Source of the DNA: Azolla caroliniana | Taxonomy: Eukaryota; Plantae; Polypodiophyta | Direction of reading: 5' to 3' | Assembly (NCBI GenBank): GCA_043228905.1 | Contig: JBHGNT010000020.1 | Location: 2,356,001 to 2,420,000, forward strand | DNA length: 64,000 nucleotides | Shown here: in pieces, positions 52,153-64,000 of the stretch | Layout of the letters: each line of letters starts with the position of its first letter | Position numbering within the stretch: position 1 is the first letter of the stretch | The notes under the pieces: generated by a model | What the model was told of the DNA's origin: nothing | Seen by the model: only the letters and a program-made list of their open reading frames with translations | The model's database searches: none | Made by a program: the position numbers and the translations under genes

Positions 52153-54117
52153 CCTTTTGATGACCACTAAGGCGACCCCCCTTTGTAAATGGAGTCGAAG
52201 AATGATACGTGTCGATGCAAGCCATAGAGACTAAGTGCAAGAAATCACAAGTTTCTTATATCTTTCTTTCAATCTAAATATTGATTAATAAAATATATTA
52301 TACTTGTGGGATTCACAAGTTTATAATAATCTATTCATAATTAAAATCGTCTCAAATTCTTCCTCTTCCTAGTCCAAAACCCCAGCGGTTCCCACCCGAC
52401 TCACGCAACGATCCGACGCCGAAAGGCACGACACAAGTGGTGAACCCGACGTGAATACTGGTGGCAAGGAGATGGAGAATCAACAAGAAGCGATGAATAT
52501 GATGATGATGATGATTAAGCGGATGCAAGAAGAGCAACGCACAATGTCGGAGATGAAATCGACAGTAACACGGCTTGTGCAAAGAAACGGGAATTCGACA
52601 TAAAGGATGTGTCACGCTATCTATGCGAATACAAGGCCGAGATGATGCGATGTGGGATACCGGAAGGATTGCAAGTGACATCCTTCAATCGAGTAGTCAC
52701 AGATGAGTTACAAGAGAGAATCCACAGAATAGGGCAACAAAACCCGACATGGGAGTCCTTTGAAGAAGCTTTACGAGAGGCATATGATTTCAAGAGATCG
52801 AAGGGACAAGATCGGCGAGTATTCGACAAATGGGTGGCATCGGAGAAGACCTATCGGAGTGCAACACAAGTATTCCTAGAATTCGAGCATCGTTTTGCTA
52901 GACTCTCGAAGCGGGAACAAAGATTGGTGGGGGAGGATAAAGTCCTAATGTTTGTAAAATCGATCGATCGAAAAGAAAGGATGGACATCGGGATCGAGAT
53001 CGAAGATGATGACGGTGCGAACGGTCTTACCGAGGATTGGGCCAAAGTCGAAAGGGTATGCCGGAGACATGATGAGAGGAAGATGAGAATCTTGTCAACG
53101 ACATGGCCGATGAAGGATGGTCGATTGAAGACAAACGATGGAGCCGATATGAAGGCCGAAATACAACATGATGGTGCGACGGAAGAGGGTGTAAAACAAG
53201 CTACCGTCTTTTCTTGCGAAAGAACGACGGCGAAGGATAAGGCCGATAACCCAAGTGTAGAAGAAGATTTCGGAATACAAGTGTCTGAAACATCGGGTGA
53301 AAAAGGGGTAAGCATAATTGATGTTTGCATAATTGATGCAGTGAAACAAAGCAAGGAGGACTTGATTGAGGAGGTCGCCACGAAAGATGACATCGAATCA
53401 AAGGTGGCTATGGACGAATCAATGGCGAATGGCCATATCGAGATTTCCCCACCACTGATTCTAGAGACTCCGGCGATTGCGATCGAAAGGCAACGTGAGA
53501 CCGAAGAGACGGAAGGTGGTGGAGAGAAAACAAAGCTCGAAGCCAATTCATATGACAGAGAGATAGCCAAGAAGGTGGATATGCGTGAAACGACGGAGAA
53601 CGATAATACCGAGGATTCCTGCCCACTAATCCTAGAGACTTCGGCGGTTGTGTCCGAGAAGCAACGTTGTCGTCAAGATCCGTCACTACGCGCGGATCGT
53701 GAGGCGGAACCGCCGGGGTTCTGGACCGGAAGGATTCAAAGTCGGTACAAGCTTTGGCGAGAAAGTTCTTAAGATAGATTGGGAAAGAGAGAAGTTGAGA
53801 TTAAACGATTGAGAGAGATTGATTGAACTTTTATCTTTGGATTTAAGAAACAAGTTACACGATCAATTTGATAACGAATTTCTTCTTCTTAATTTCATAA
53901 CCTAAAAAAACGTGTTTTTTCTCCTCCCCCCTCCTTTTATAGATGCTCTCATGCATATGATGCATGTGAGGGTACAAGACATGCATAAAAAGCATGTTTG
54001 CCATTTGGTGCTTATGTATTACATGTGGTGCATGATAACCATGTCACTCATTTTAGCTCTCATGTATGAGAATTTACATGTAAAAGTACAATGATAGAAA
54101 TATAAATTCAACTAAAT

Positions 54118-54184
54118 GGCATGGCTTAAAGGTAAGCCAATTGACTCCTAACTCGGAGGTGCAAGGTTTGAATCCTTACTTGCC
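54118..54184 (+). promoter_or_regulatory. tRNA-like A/B-box cassette in the 3' LTR of family D
   Basis: TGGCTTAAAGG (54122) ... GGTTTGAATCC (54165). Confidence 0.65.
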
Positions 54185-54887
54185 CTCCTTGTATATGTAT
54201 ATATGTATATATATTTATATATTTATTTATCTAGTCACCGAACGCCGGTTCGTCGGATGTCGTCGATTATCGGTGCCTCGCCGGTTGCCGTCGGATACCG
54301 GTGCCGCCGCCGGATGCCGTCGTCTCAACGACGCTGGATGCCATCACCTCGCCGTCGCCGGATTGCCGTCAGATGCCAGTGTCTCACTGGCGCCAGATGC
54401 CGCCGGATCACCGGCTCCATCACCGATCCAGTTTTGGTTGGCCAAAACCCTTTACGAGTAGCTAGCCCACCTCCACTCTTAGTTCAAGTTACCTTGACCT
54501 CTCTATGCTCCACACATAGACACAAAGATAATATCTTTTGCTCTACCTTATATATGATGAAAGCCGTATTTGTCGTGCCTATGTGGGATATCTCACAATT
54601 TTCTCTTTTCCTTTCACAAACTTTATACCCTCATATCTTGACATTTAGTTGTCCATTTCTCAAGTAATAAAGTGCATTCGAAACCTCCCCTATTTTGTAC
54701 TTAGATATTAAATTTATTTAAAATGTTATCTTCACAATTATTGTATTATGTGATTCATACTCGATTTCGTACGTTTTATGGGATTTTCACACTATTGCCG
54801 AAAATCTTCACGACATCCACCCCCACCAAACCGCACGTCCTCCGGTACGTGCCAAGAAGAGAGAAAGTGAGATTTCGGCTACGGTGA

Positions 54888-57800
54888 TCAATTAGATTCC
54901 TCCATGTCTTCATTTACATCCGCCCTATTATGTTCATCGTCGAGGTGATCGAGGTCAGGATCCTTGTCTTGTCTTTTCTTGAAAATCTTTACTCTTTTTC
55001 CCCCAATGGGTACGGCCAACCTTGATCCGTCTAGTTCTGCAAGGTGGTATGTGGCATTATCGTTGGCACTTGTCACCACATACAACCCTAACCATCTTCT
55101 TGCGAACTTCCTTGTTGTACTGTGTTGATTGTCAAGGGTGCTGTCATAAACCAAAACCCAATCCCCTTCTTCAATCTTCTTGGGACGAAGTCGATGTGTG
55201 TTGTCGAACCGAACTTTGTTCTTTACTCGGGCTGCCTCCATCTTCTTTCGCGCTTTTTCTAAATCTTCAGGTCTTCTTTCAAGTTGCCTTATCCGCACCG
55301 CTAATAACTCTTCTCGGCTTATCTTGTTCTCCCATGGTATCGCTACCCATGAGGCGATCGTCCTTTCGATGGGCATAATCGGCTTTTGTCCATACATAAG
55401 CTCCGTCGGCATATACCCTGTTACCGAGCTATGTGTCGTTCTATCGGCCCACAAGGCATAGGGTAATAGTCGTGGCCAATTCCCGACTCGACCGTTGCAT
55501 GCCCGTACGATGGCTTTAACGATAGGTCCATGCCCTCGCTCGATCTTCCCATTCGCTTCCGGATTGTAGGCAGTCGTGAGGGAGAGCTTCACGCCTAGTC
55601 TTTCGAAGAGCTCTGTCACTTCGTGCGCATCCAACTCCCCTTGGTCGGCCATTATCTTCCCTACACATCCATATCGGCAAACAACCTCTTCAAGCAGAAA
55701 TTTGCAAACGGCTGAAGTCGTCTTATTTGTCAAGGCTCGTCCTTCCACTTGATTTGTCAAGTCTTCCCTTGCCAGCGCTAAGTACTTCATTTGTCCCACT
55801 CCCATTGGCATCGAGACCAGATCCACCATCCATTTGAAGTGTATGGTGAGTGGGTATGTCGGCTGTAACTCATCACGATGACGTATATTTGAATATATTT
55901 GGCAAGTTTCGCATGTGGACACGAAATGGAGTACATCTTTGTACATGCTTGGCCACCAGTACTTCTCCTTCAACTTTTCGAACATCGCCCATGTTCCTCT
56001 ATGACCTACCCAAGCACTCTCGTGGAATTCGGTCATCAGCGTCTCTTGCTCTTCTTTCTTTACCACCACTCGACGTGGTATTCCTGTCCTTCTTTTTGGA
56101 TGTCGCCAAAGGAATCCTCCCTTCAAGAAGTATCAGTAAGCTTACTTTCGGATTCGTAGGGCCTCCTCCTTTGTCAACGAAGCATATGTCGTCAATGTTC
56201 TTAGGAATCTACCGATGAGTAACCACTCTCCTTCGTACTCGTTCTCGTTGAAGGCGTGGAGGGTTTGCGTGTCCTGGTCTTCTGCCGATAATCGAGCCAT
56301 CTTGAAGAAGTCGAGGGCGACATCTTCATCTTCCAAAACCATGTTACTTCCATTTGAAAATCTTGCCCTCAACAGCATGTCAGCCATGGTGTTCTTCTTC
56401 CCTGCAATGTGACGGATCTCTAGGTTTAAAGACTTGATGTAGGCGATCCACCTTAGCATAGCAAGATCTGGGGTTGCACATCCCGAGACCATTCCGAGAA
56501 TTGGGAGACAATCTGTCTCTATTATCACTTATGACCCGATCAAGTAATCTTTGTCCGTCTTCACTACCGACACAATACCCCAAAGTTCCCGCTTGACTTG
56601 GGCATATCTTTGTTTCCGTTCGCTGAGAACCTTTGCTCTGAACCGGACGACATATCGCGCATTATCTTCACCTTCTTGATTGATGACCCACCCGATTCCG
56701 GTTGGGCTCGTATCTACGGTCACGTAAATTCGTTTTCCTTCGGCATAGTCGACCTTCCTTAGTGTCGGAGCTTCAACAAGCAGTTTCTTTAATCTTCGCA
56801 TCGCATTTGTGTGCTCATCTCGCCATTCGAACTTCATTCTTTTCTTTAGTAGTCCATATAACGGTTCGGCGACATGAGCGTAGTGAGGAATCCATATATG
56901 ATAAAACGCGCACGCTCCAAGTAACCTTCGAACCTCCGTTTGGTTTTCGCATTCTTCTTTCATGTCTTGGATTGCATTCACTTTGGATGGCGAGGGCTTC
57001 CGGCCATATGCTCCACACAAGTGACCTACCACCAAGATCTCTGGTTGCCCAAATGCGGATTTTTCTCCCGAAAATGTCAAATTCGCATCTTCGAGCCTTT
57101 GAAGCACCTTCTCGCAATCTTTCATATGATCCGCAACGAACTTTCTACAACCTTCCTTATCTTTCGATTCATCTTTCTCCTCATCCGAACATCCTTTTAT
57201 TGGAATATCATCCAAGAATGGCATCGTGATGTCCAGGATGCAATCCTTCAAGACTTTATTCATGGCGTTCACCATATGAGCCACCGAGCTCGTTGCGCCT
57301 TGGGGTAAGGTACACATCTGCACAAGCCCGATCGGAGTCCTCATGGTTGTAATGTCTCGACTGTCGATCACCAATTGGAATTGGTCATATCCGGAGTAGA
57401 GATCGCCAATGGAGTAGATGGACCGGCCCGCAAACGCTTCGGCAAATTCATCCACGCTCAGACCGATTCTGGCATTTCGAATTGTCACCTTGTTGACGGG
57501 TTGAAGATCTTGGATGAATCACAATGATCCATTCTTCTTCGGCACCGTGAACTACCTATTGGAATAAGGAGCATTCGACGGTTCTAGAATTCCCATACTC
57601 ACCTTCTCCTTTAAGAGCTCGATCAGCTTCGGAAGGTGTGCTCTCGGAACGGGTATCGGTTTCAAATTCCAAGGCACATGAGGCACCGTGAAGATCACCA
57701 TCGGCTCTATAACCTTTGGGTCGGCGCATCCGATTTCTTGTGGGAAGAATGTGAAAGCCTTCCCATGTCTCTCAAGCATATCGCGAAACATTCGCTCCTC

Positions 57801-58379
57801 TTCAGGGAGAAGGAAATCCTCCTCTCCAACCCGTAGTTTCCCCTTCGTCTCTTTGGTGAAGACATGGCCTATCTTCTTCGGATCTCTTAAGCTTGGATCG
57901 TTAGCGACTTCCTTCATCTTTTGCCAACTATCTTCCGGTAGCGGAGCCACAACTGGCTTGATCTTTTTATCCATCGTTTTATATTTCGTGTTGATGTCAG
58001 CTTCCTTCATCGAGATGCCACGACGGTATTCATCGATGATAGCGTACATGTTGGAGTTAATTGAAATCACGCGTTGGTTGTGAAGATAGCTCAAGTCCAC
58101 GACGTCCTCGATTTCGCCGATGGTGTCGTTAAATGAGGCTTCTTCCATAATATGAGTCACGAACTCTCCTTCTTCTATTATGTTTTCTTCTTTCAGCATC
58201 TTCTTGAATTCTTGTATCCGGTGCTTGTGCTTCTTGTCGGGTAGTACTAGTTTACATGCGCCACTAGGTGTGACACATGTTGCTTCTCCTCGCAATCCAC
58301 GCACTCTTCTTTGTTGTGGGGTCTTGTGATTGCTCGGACTATTTGTGCCCCATGCTTCAATAGTCCGCTCTAAAAATCC
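54888..58379 (-). pseudogene. RT-RNase H-integrase ORF of family D (-1 frame, disrupted)
   Basis: GDLYSGYDQFQL, PFLDDIPIKG, TVDTSPTGIG, HESAWVGH...CETC, WMVDLV, ADQGELD, NGKIERGH. Confidence 0.9.
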
Positions 58380-60571
58380 GAGGATTCGCCTCCGAGACTA
58401 TCTCGATTCCTTTCATGATTGGCTCGCACCGTTAGGAATTGGACCGATCTTTATTTGTCAAGACTCTTTATTCGTGCGAAGGCTGCTCCATTATTGAACA
58501 CTTTGGTCTCCATCCGAGATGATGTGATATAAGGTTGCCCTAGGATGACAGGATGCGTCGCCGATTCTTGTACGAAGAAGTGTTGTTCCATCTCCACATC
58601 CCCGATCGTGACTTTGATATTGGGACAAGCTCCGTACAAGTCCTCCGTAGACTTTGTTGCCGCGCGAATCTTCCATCTATAGTTTGTATTGATTGGCCAT
58701 CTTCCTTTTTTGTAGAAGTCAGTTGACATGAGGTTGATCTCCGAGCCGTGGTCGATCAAGGCTACCACGGTCTCTTTCTTCTCCCCGATCTTCACCGGCG
58801 TCTCCGTTGTCGCTCGTGCCCAATGAGGTCAAGTATAGTGGTTGTCCACCATATCTTCATCGACTTCGTCTCTTGCCATCGTTAAGGCATTCGTTTTTGC
58901 TTTTTGCGGCTTCTCTTCTTCCTCGTCTGATTGTTGTCTCTTTCTCTTTACAAGATCCACGATCGTGTCATGGAACTCCTTCTTCGTAATGCCAAGCAAT
59001 TCCCTCAAGGACAAAGTTACGTGGCTATCAAGAACTCGTTCTTCGAGAATCTTCTTTAGGTCCATCGTCTGCTCTATGTCCGACCTTAGCTTATAGGTAG
59101 GTATAGTCCTTGTCCTCCGAGCGGGGTCTTCGACACCAACCTTCACGGGCCGAACCGTTTCTTCAACTCGTATGCTCGGATCCCCTTTTCGGCTTAATTC
59201 TCGTTCCTCCGTTTGTAAAGGTCGACTCGTCTCCGCATCGTCTTCTTTTTCGCGTTCCTTGTTTCATGTCTTTTTGATGGCCCTTACTCTTCTATTCTCT
59301 TTCTCTTTTCTTCGACGAACACCTCGTGGTTGTCGCACATCACCTCTGCGAGTATGGTGTTGTCGTCCACCGGATCCGACCACCCAATTATGCTTTGCAC
59401 GTTTCGGTCCGCAAGCTCTACCTCGTTCGATGTGACTTTTCCCTTCTTCTCATATTCGAGAACGGAAGTCCAAAACTTTGCTCCCGCTCTAGCAGCTTCA
59501 ATCTTGTCTTTCCCGACTCTTATTCCGGCCGACGCAACATAGTGCATCGCATCCACATGAGTCGCATCGGCATCCTCCATAGATTTCTTCATTCCTCCTC
59601 TTCCGAAATTCACCCGTAGGGGTCTTCTAGTCTCGCTTGAGCAGATCATGTTGTCCTCTATGTATACGATATTTTGTCGAATCGCCTCTCGAAGGCTCGC
59701 ACAATCCCTTCTCATGTGGTCCATGTTATCGCACCACATGCATCTAAAGGGTTCTTTTCCTTTAGGGCCCCAACGATTCATGTTGGCTAGCGTGACCTTC
59801 TCAAACTTCTTCGCTAACTCTTCAATGATGTCGTCATCAATCTTCTTTTCTTCCACGTTACTTTGTCTTGGCGGCTCAGCTACTTTCGGCGGTCTTGCTT
59901 TCTCCGTGGTAGTTGATCCCGTCAAGTCGGTGTCATCAACCCATTGGCGACGCTTGTCGAGCCTATTGCATGCCCGCTTCACCGCGATCCAGTCCGCTAC
60001 GAGCCCATTTGCTTGAGTATCATCTTCGAGAGAGTCCCCAACTCCCATCTATCCTTTATGTCCACGGCCTTCAAGAAGTACAAAGTCTTGTCCTCTTCAA
60101 GCAACACTTGGTCCGTATTGGGGAGACGACTAAACATCTGGTCGAATTCGTCGTACACCCTCGAGATGCTCATCTTCTTATTCTTCTTCTCTATCCACTT
60201 CATCAGGGCATGTCGAGTCATCCTCGTTGAGTCTTCAGTCACAAACTCCGCTAGTATAGTTTCTCGAACTTGGACTATGTTGTCTTACCTTCTTGAAGCT
60301 CGATGACGCGTCTTTGAATGTTGTTGGCGACAACTCTCTTGAAGCTTGCGATTTGACGTGCCTCGGACACGTCCCTCTAATTCATCTCCCTTCTATATGC
60401 ATCAAGGAACTTCGTAATGTTCCTTCCATCGAATTGGCTCTCAAGCTCTACAACACGATCGACAGCCTTCTCCACACTCACGTCGTTGGCCCGAGATCTC
60501 ATCGTTTGCTCGACGATTAGCATCATCCTTTCAAGCTCTCCCGCTTGGTTGCTTGAGGACGCCATCTCCAA
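58370..60571 (-). pseudogene. gag-protease ORF of family D (disrupted)
   Basis: FDGRNITKFL; RCMWCDNMDHMRRDC; LIDHGSEINLM; frame ends ...GGESSDF*. Confidence 0.85.
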
Positions 60572-61094
60572 GTATTAATCTCAACTTGATCCTTCCTACC
60601 GCCTCTTTCACGTCGGGTTCACCACTTAATTATGTCGTGAAGATCCGTCACTACGCGCGGATCGTGAGGCGGAACCGCCAGGGTTCTGGACCGGAAGGAT
60701 TCAAAGTCGGTACAAGCTTTGGCACAAGCTTTGGCGAGAAAGTTCTTAAGATAGATTAGGAAAGAGAGAAGTTGAGATTAAACGATTGAGAGAGATTGAT
60801 TGAACTTTTATCATTGGATTTAAGAAACAAGTTACACGATCAATTTGATAACGAATTTCTTCTTCTTAATTTCATAACCTAAAAAAACGTGTTTTTTCTC
60901 CTCCCCCCTCCTTTTATAGATGCTCTCATGCATATGATGCATGTGAGGGTACAAGACATGCATAAAATGCATGTTTGCCATTTGGCGCTTATGTATTACA
61001 TGTGGTGCATGATAACCATGTCACTCATTTTAGCTCTCATGTATGAGAATTTACATGTAAAAGTATAATGATAGAAATATAAATTCAACTAAAT

Positions 61095-61161
61095 GGCATG
61101 GCTTAATGGTAAGCCAATTGACTCCTAACTCAGAGGTGCAAGGTTCGAATCCTTATTTGCC
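61095..61161 (+). promoter_or_regulatory. tRNA-like A/B-box cassette in the 5' LTR of family D
   Basis: TGGCTTAATGG (61099), D-stem GGCTT/AAGCC, GGTTCGAATCC (61142), T-stem AAGG/CCTT. Confidence 0.75.
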
Positions 61162-62751
61162 ATCCTTGTATATGTATATATGTATATATATTTATATATT
61201 TATTTATCTAGTCACCAGACGCCGGTTCGTCGGATGCCATCGGTTACCGGTGCCTCGCCGGTTGCCGTCGGATACCGGTGCCGCCGCCTCGCCGTCGGAT
61301 ATCGGTGTCTCACTGGCACCGAATCACCGGCTCCATCGCCGGTCCGGTTTTGGTTGGCCAAAACCCTTTATGAGTAGCTAGCCCACCTCTACTCTTAGTT
61401 CAAGTTACCTTGACCTCTCTATGCTCCACACATAGACACAAAGATAATATCTTTTGCTCTACCTTATATATGATAAAAGCCGTATTTGTCGTGCCTATGT
61501 GGGATATCTCACAATTTTCTCTTTTCCTTTCACAAACTTTATACCCTCATATCTTGACATTTAGTTGTTTGTTTCTCGTGTAATAAAGTGCATTCGAAAC
61601 CTCCCCTATTTTGTACTTAGATATTAAATTTATTTAAAATGTTATCTTCACAATTATTGTATTATGTGATTCATACTCGATTTCGTACGTTTTATGGGAT
61701 TTTCACACTATTGTCGAAAATCTTCACGACAACGTGAGACCGGAGAGACGGGAGGTGGCGGCAAGAAAGGTAAAGTCGGAAGCCGGTTCGGATGGAAGAT
61801 GATCCGGACGGAATTCCGATCCGAAAGAAAGTTGACCTGAAAAGGAGTCGACTCGATCAAAACCAATCGACCGAGTCCGATTCGGCCGAACGCGAATACG
61901 GATGGAAGTCGACCTAGTCGAAAGATGATCGGACGAGACCGATCCGGAAAGAAGCTAATCCGACTTAGTTGGACGTTGAACCGGTCGAGCCAATGAAAAC
62001 GAGGAAAAGAAAGCCAACCGAAACCGAAACCGAGAGATCGAAACCGACCCGTAAGGGGGCGAAATCGGTAAAAACTGATCAACCGAGTCCGATTCGGCCG
62101 AATACGAATCCGATCAGAAGCCGATCGGACGAGACCGATCCAGAAAAAATTCAAGGTTGATGAAGAGGCAAGGAAAAGACACTACCACGAATGACAAGGG
62201 CCAAGCGGATTTGAAGGATATTATTAACGATAAGATCTCAACAAAGAAGAATGGCTCTAACGGGAAGAATGTAAACACTAATGCGAGATTCTATGAAGAG
62301 AGAGAACAAAGAATATGGTGGATCGGATGGCGACAATGGTTCGGGTGATAAGAATGGATATGTTCAAAATGGAGAGACAACGCCGACATAGCAAGAGAAA
62401 CATAGGGTACTACAAGTAAAGAAGAATTATGAGGGCCGGTAACCGGAGACCGGACAGAGCCAACAACCGAACAAAACTGGAAACCGAGCGGAGTCGGCAA
62501 CCAAAAACCGGAGACCAAACGGGGCCGGCAACCAAAAATGGCAGGCGACGAAACCAACCATGCGGAGAACGAACGGACGAGATTAACAATCACCGACAAC
62601 TTCGGCACATACCGGAGGATGTGTGGGTTCGGAGGGGGCGAGTGTCATAGTGTATTTCGTACACTACGTGGAAATAATATAAAATAACCGATTGAATAAA
62701 TATGAAGAAAAAAAAGAAGAAGAAAATATCAAAATAAGCATTACATGCATA

Positions 62752-62810
62752 GTGCAAGATTCGAACCTTGCACCTCCATGTTAATAATGTAATGTCTTAC
62801 CATTACACTA
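62752..62810 (-). promoter_or_regulatory. tRNA-like A/B-box cassette in the 3' LTR of family C
   Basis: Minus strand TAGTGTAATGG ... GTGCAAGGTTCGAATCTTGCAC hairpin; T-runs downstream (+ strand A-runs 62708-62734). Confidence 0.7.
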
Positions 62811-63384
62811 ACATTTCATTAGTGTTTAAAAAGTAGATGTTCCACATAGAAAAGTTATTTCACCTAGGATAAACTTTAGTTAAAAGAAAACGCATGCTAA
62901 AAGAAAAAGTTACGCGTGCACATCTAGCTTGCATGAACGCTATAGTTGATAAAAAAACGCACAAGTTAGAAAAAGCATGATCACTTTAGATCAAGCATAT
63001 AGTCTATCTATAGGAAAAGCATGGAGTCTATAGTTAGAGAAAAAAAAGCATGGATTCCTAAGACTCCCTCATCACTACATAAGGATGGGGAGCACAATGT
63101 AATAGGTGTGTGAAATATTTGGGAAATTGGATATATTTCCTAAAACACCAATAATAAAATAGAATCGTGGGATTCACGAAGTTTTATATAATCCATCTCT
63201 TTCAATCTAAATACATATTCTTACATAAATATTAATCAATAAAATACATTATACTTGTGGGATTCACAAGTTCCTAATAATCTACTCATAATTATAATCG
63301 TCACAAATTCTTCCTCCTCCTAGTCCAAAACCCCGGTGGTTCCCACCCGACTCACACAACGATCCGGAGCCGAAAGGCACGACA

Positions 63385-64000
63385 CCGTATTCCGGACCAA
63401 TGTTGTGGAACCCGTTCAAGCAACCGGAGGACGGAGTAGGAACCGGAAGCGGTATTCGAATAGCCGGCAACCAAGAGGAACCTACCACAGAGCCTGTGTT
63501 GTCGGATACAATGGAAAAGGAATAACATGTGTCCTTAAAGAAGGAAAAATAAAAAAAGAAGCCATCCTGCAGGGGTGAGGAGTAAATATGTGGCGAACGC
63601 ATGAGGAGAAGAAGAAGAAAAGAAAAAGAAAGAGTGGTAGTAAAAAATGAATGAACACCACGAAATGGCGTGACGTTAGGCATTTAAAGCGCACCACACG
63701 ACATACAACTTCTATAATAATACATGACATGCATGCGTAGGAATCAAGAAAAGGCGGCAAAGATGGGAACACAAAACATCCGCATTACAGAGTCTCTCTC
63801 ATTCCGCGAACATAGAGCCCTTAGCACATAGAAGCGGATACAGGTGATCAGGCGAATGCAAGAAGCTACCGCAGGCACCCCGAAGCTTACCACCACCACC
63901 AAAGTAAATGACACACTAGAGCCCATGGCGCTCTCCAAGACTGCCAAGAAATGGTTTACACAACATGGATTGGAGGGTTTTCTCCGAATAGCAGAAGCAC
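63385..64000 (+). other. Probable internal retrotransposon sequence with the start of an ORF (MALSKTAKKWFTQHGLEGFLRIAEA...) running off the window
   Basis: ATG at 63925 open to the window end; no diagnostic motif seen. Confidence 0.3.

Larger units (their letters stand above)
53668..61731 (-). mobile_element. Full-length non-chromoviral Ty3/Gypsy family D, 4-bp TSD ACGT, tRNA-Trp PBS
   Basis: LTRs 53668-54815 and 60633-61731 (TGTCGT..ACGACA); PBS 60608-60624; PPT 54816-54827. Confidence 0.95.
52243..63384 (+). mobile_element. Non-autonomous (gag-only) family C element: partial 5' LTR to 52433, tRNA-Trp PBS, gag-like ORF, 3' LTR 62643-63384; interrupted by family D
   Basis: PBS TGGTGAACCCGACGTGAAT 52438-52456; gag-like 52609-53667 continuing at 61736; PPT GGAGGGGGCGAG; no pol motifs. 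Confidence 0.82.

Noticed and set aside
52851-53570. 239-aa minus ORF and the many other short antisense ORFs over gag/pol regions
   Set aside because: Ser/Phe-rich shadows of the sense TE ORFs.
61095-61161. Functional tRNA gene (Arg-CCT-like loop)
   Set aside because: No proper 7-bp acceptor stem and a weak anticodon stem; treated as a tRNA-derived promoter cassette.

Overview
Plant nuclear DNA (probably a non-seed plant such as a fern or lycophyte; inferred from the TE lineages present). It is made almost entirely of nested LTR retrotransposons: Ty1/Copia, chromoviral and non-chromoviral Ty3/Gypsy, and solo LTRs, many with readable TSD, PBS and PPT. There is also a MITE-like end, a LINE remnant and one host gene, an intronless SAUR (25659-26162, minus). 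Main observations: (1) three different Gypsy LTR families each carry a tRNA-like Pol III A-box/B-box cassette in U3, always antisense to the element and with 43-44 nt A-to-B spacing; (2) a Gypsy lineage with tRNA-Trp PBS and 4-bp TSD separates Gag-PR from RT-RH-IN with a conserved G_GAU_UUU -1 frameshift site plus a predicted H-type pseudoknot, seen in two diverged elements; (3) a Tcn1/Tf1-like chromovirus has a self-priming PBS and a G_UUA_AAC frameshift; (4) one LTR is preceded by a tRNA-Arg 3' end where a PPT would be expected. LTR family names A-E are my own labels. All calls were made by eye, without database searches.
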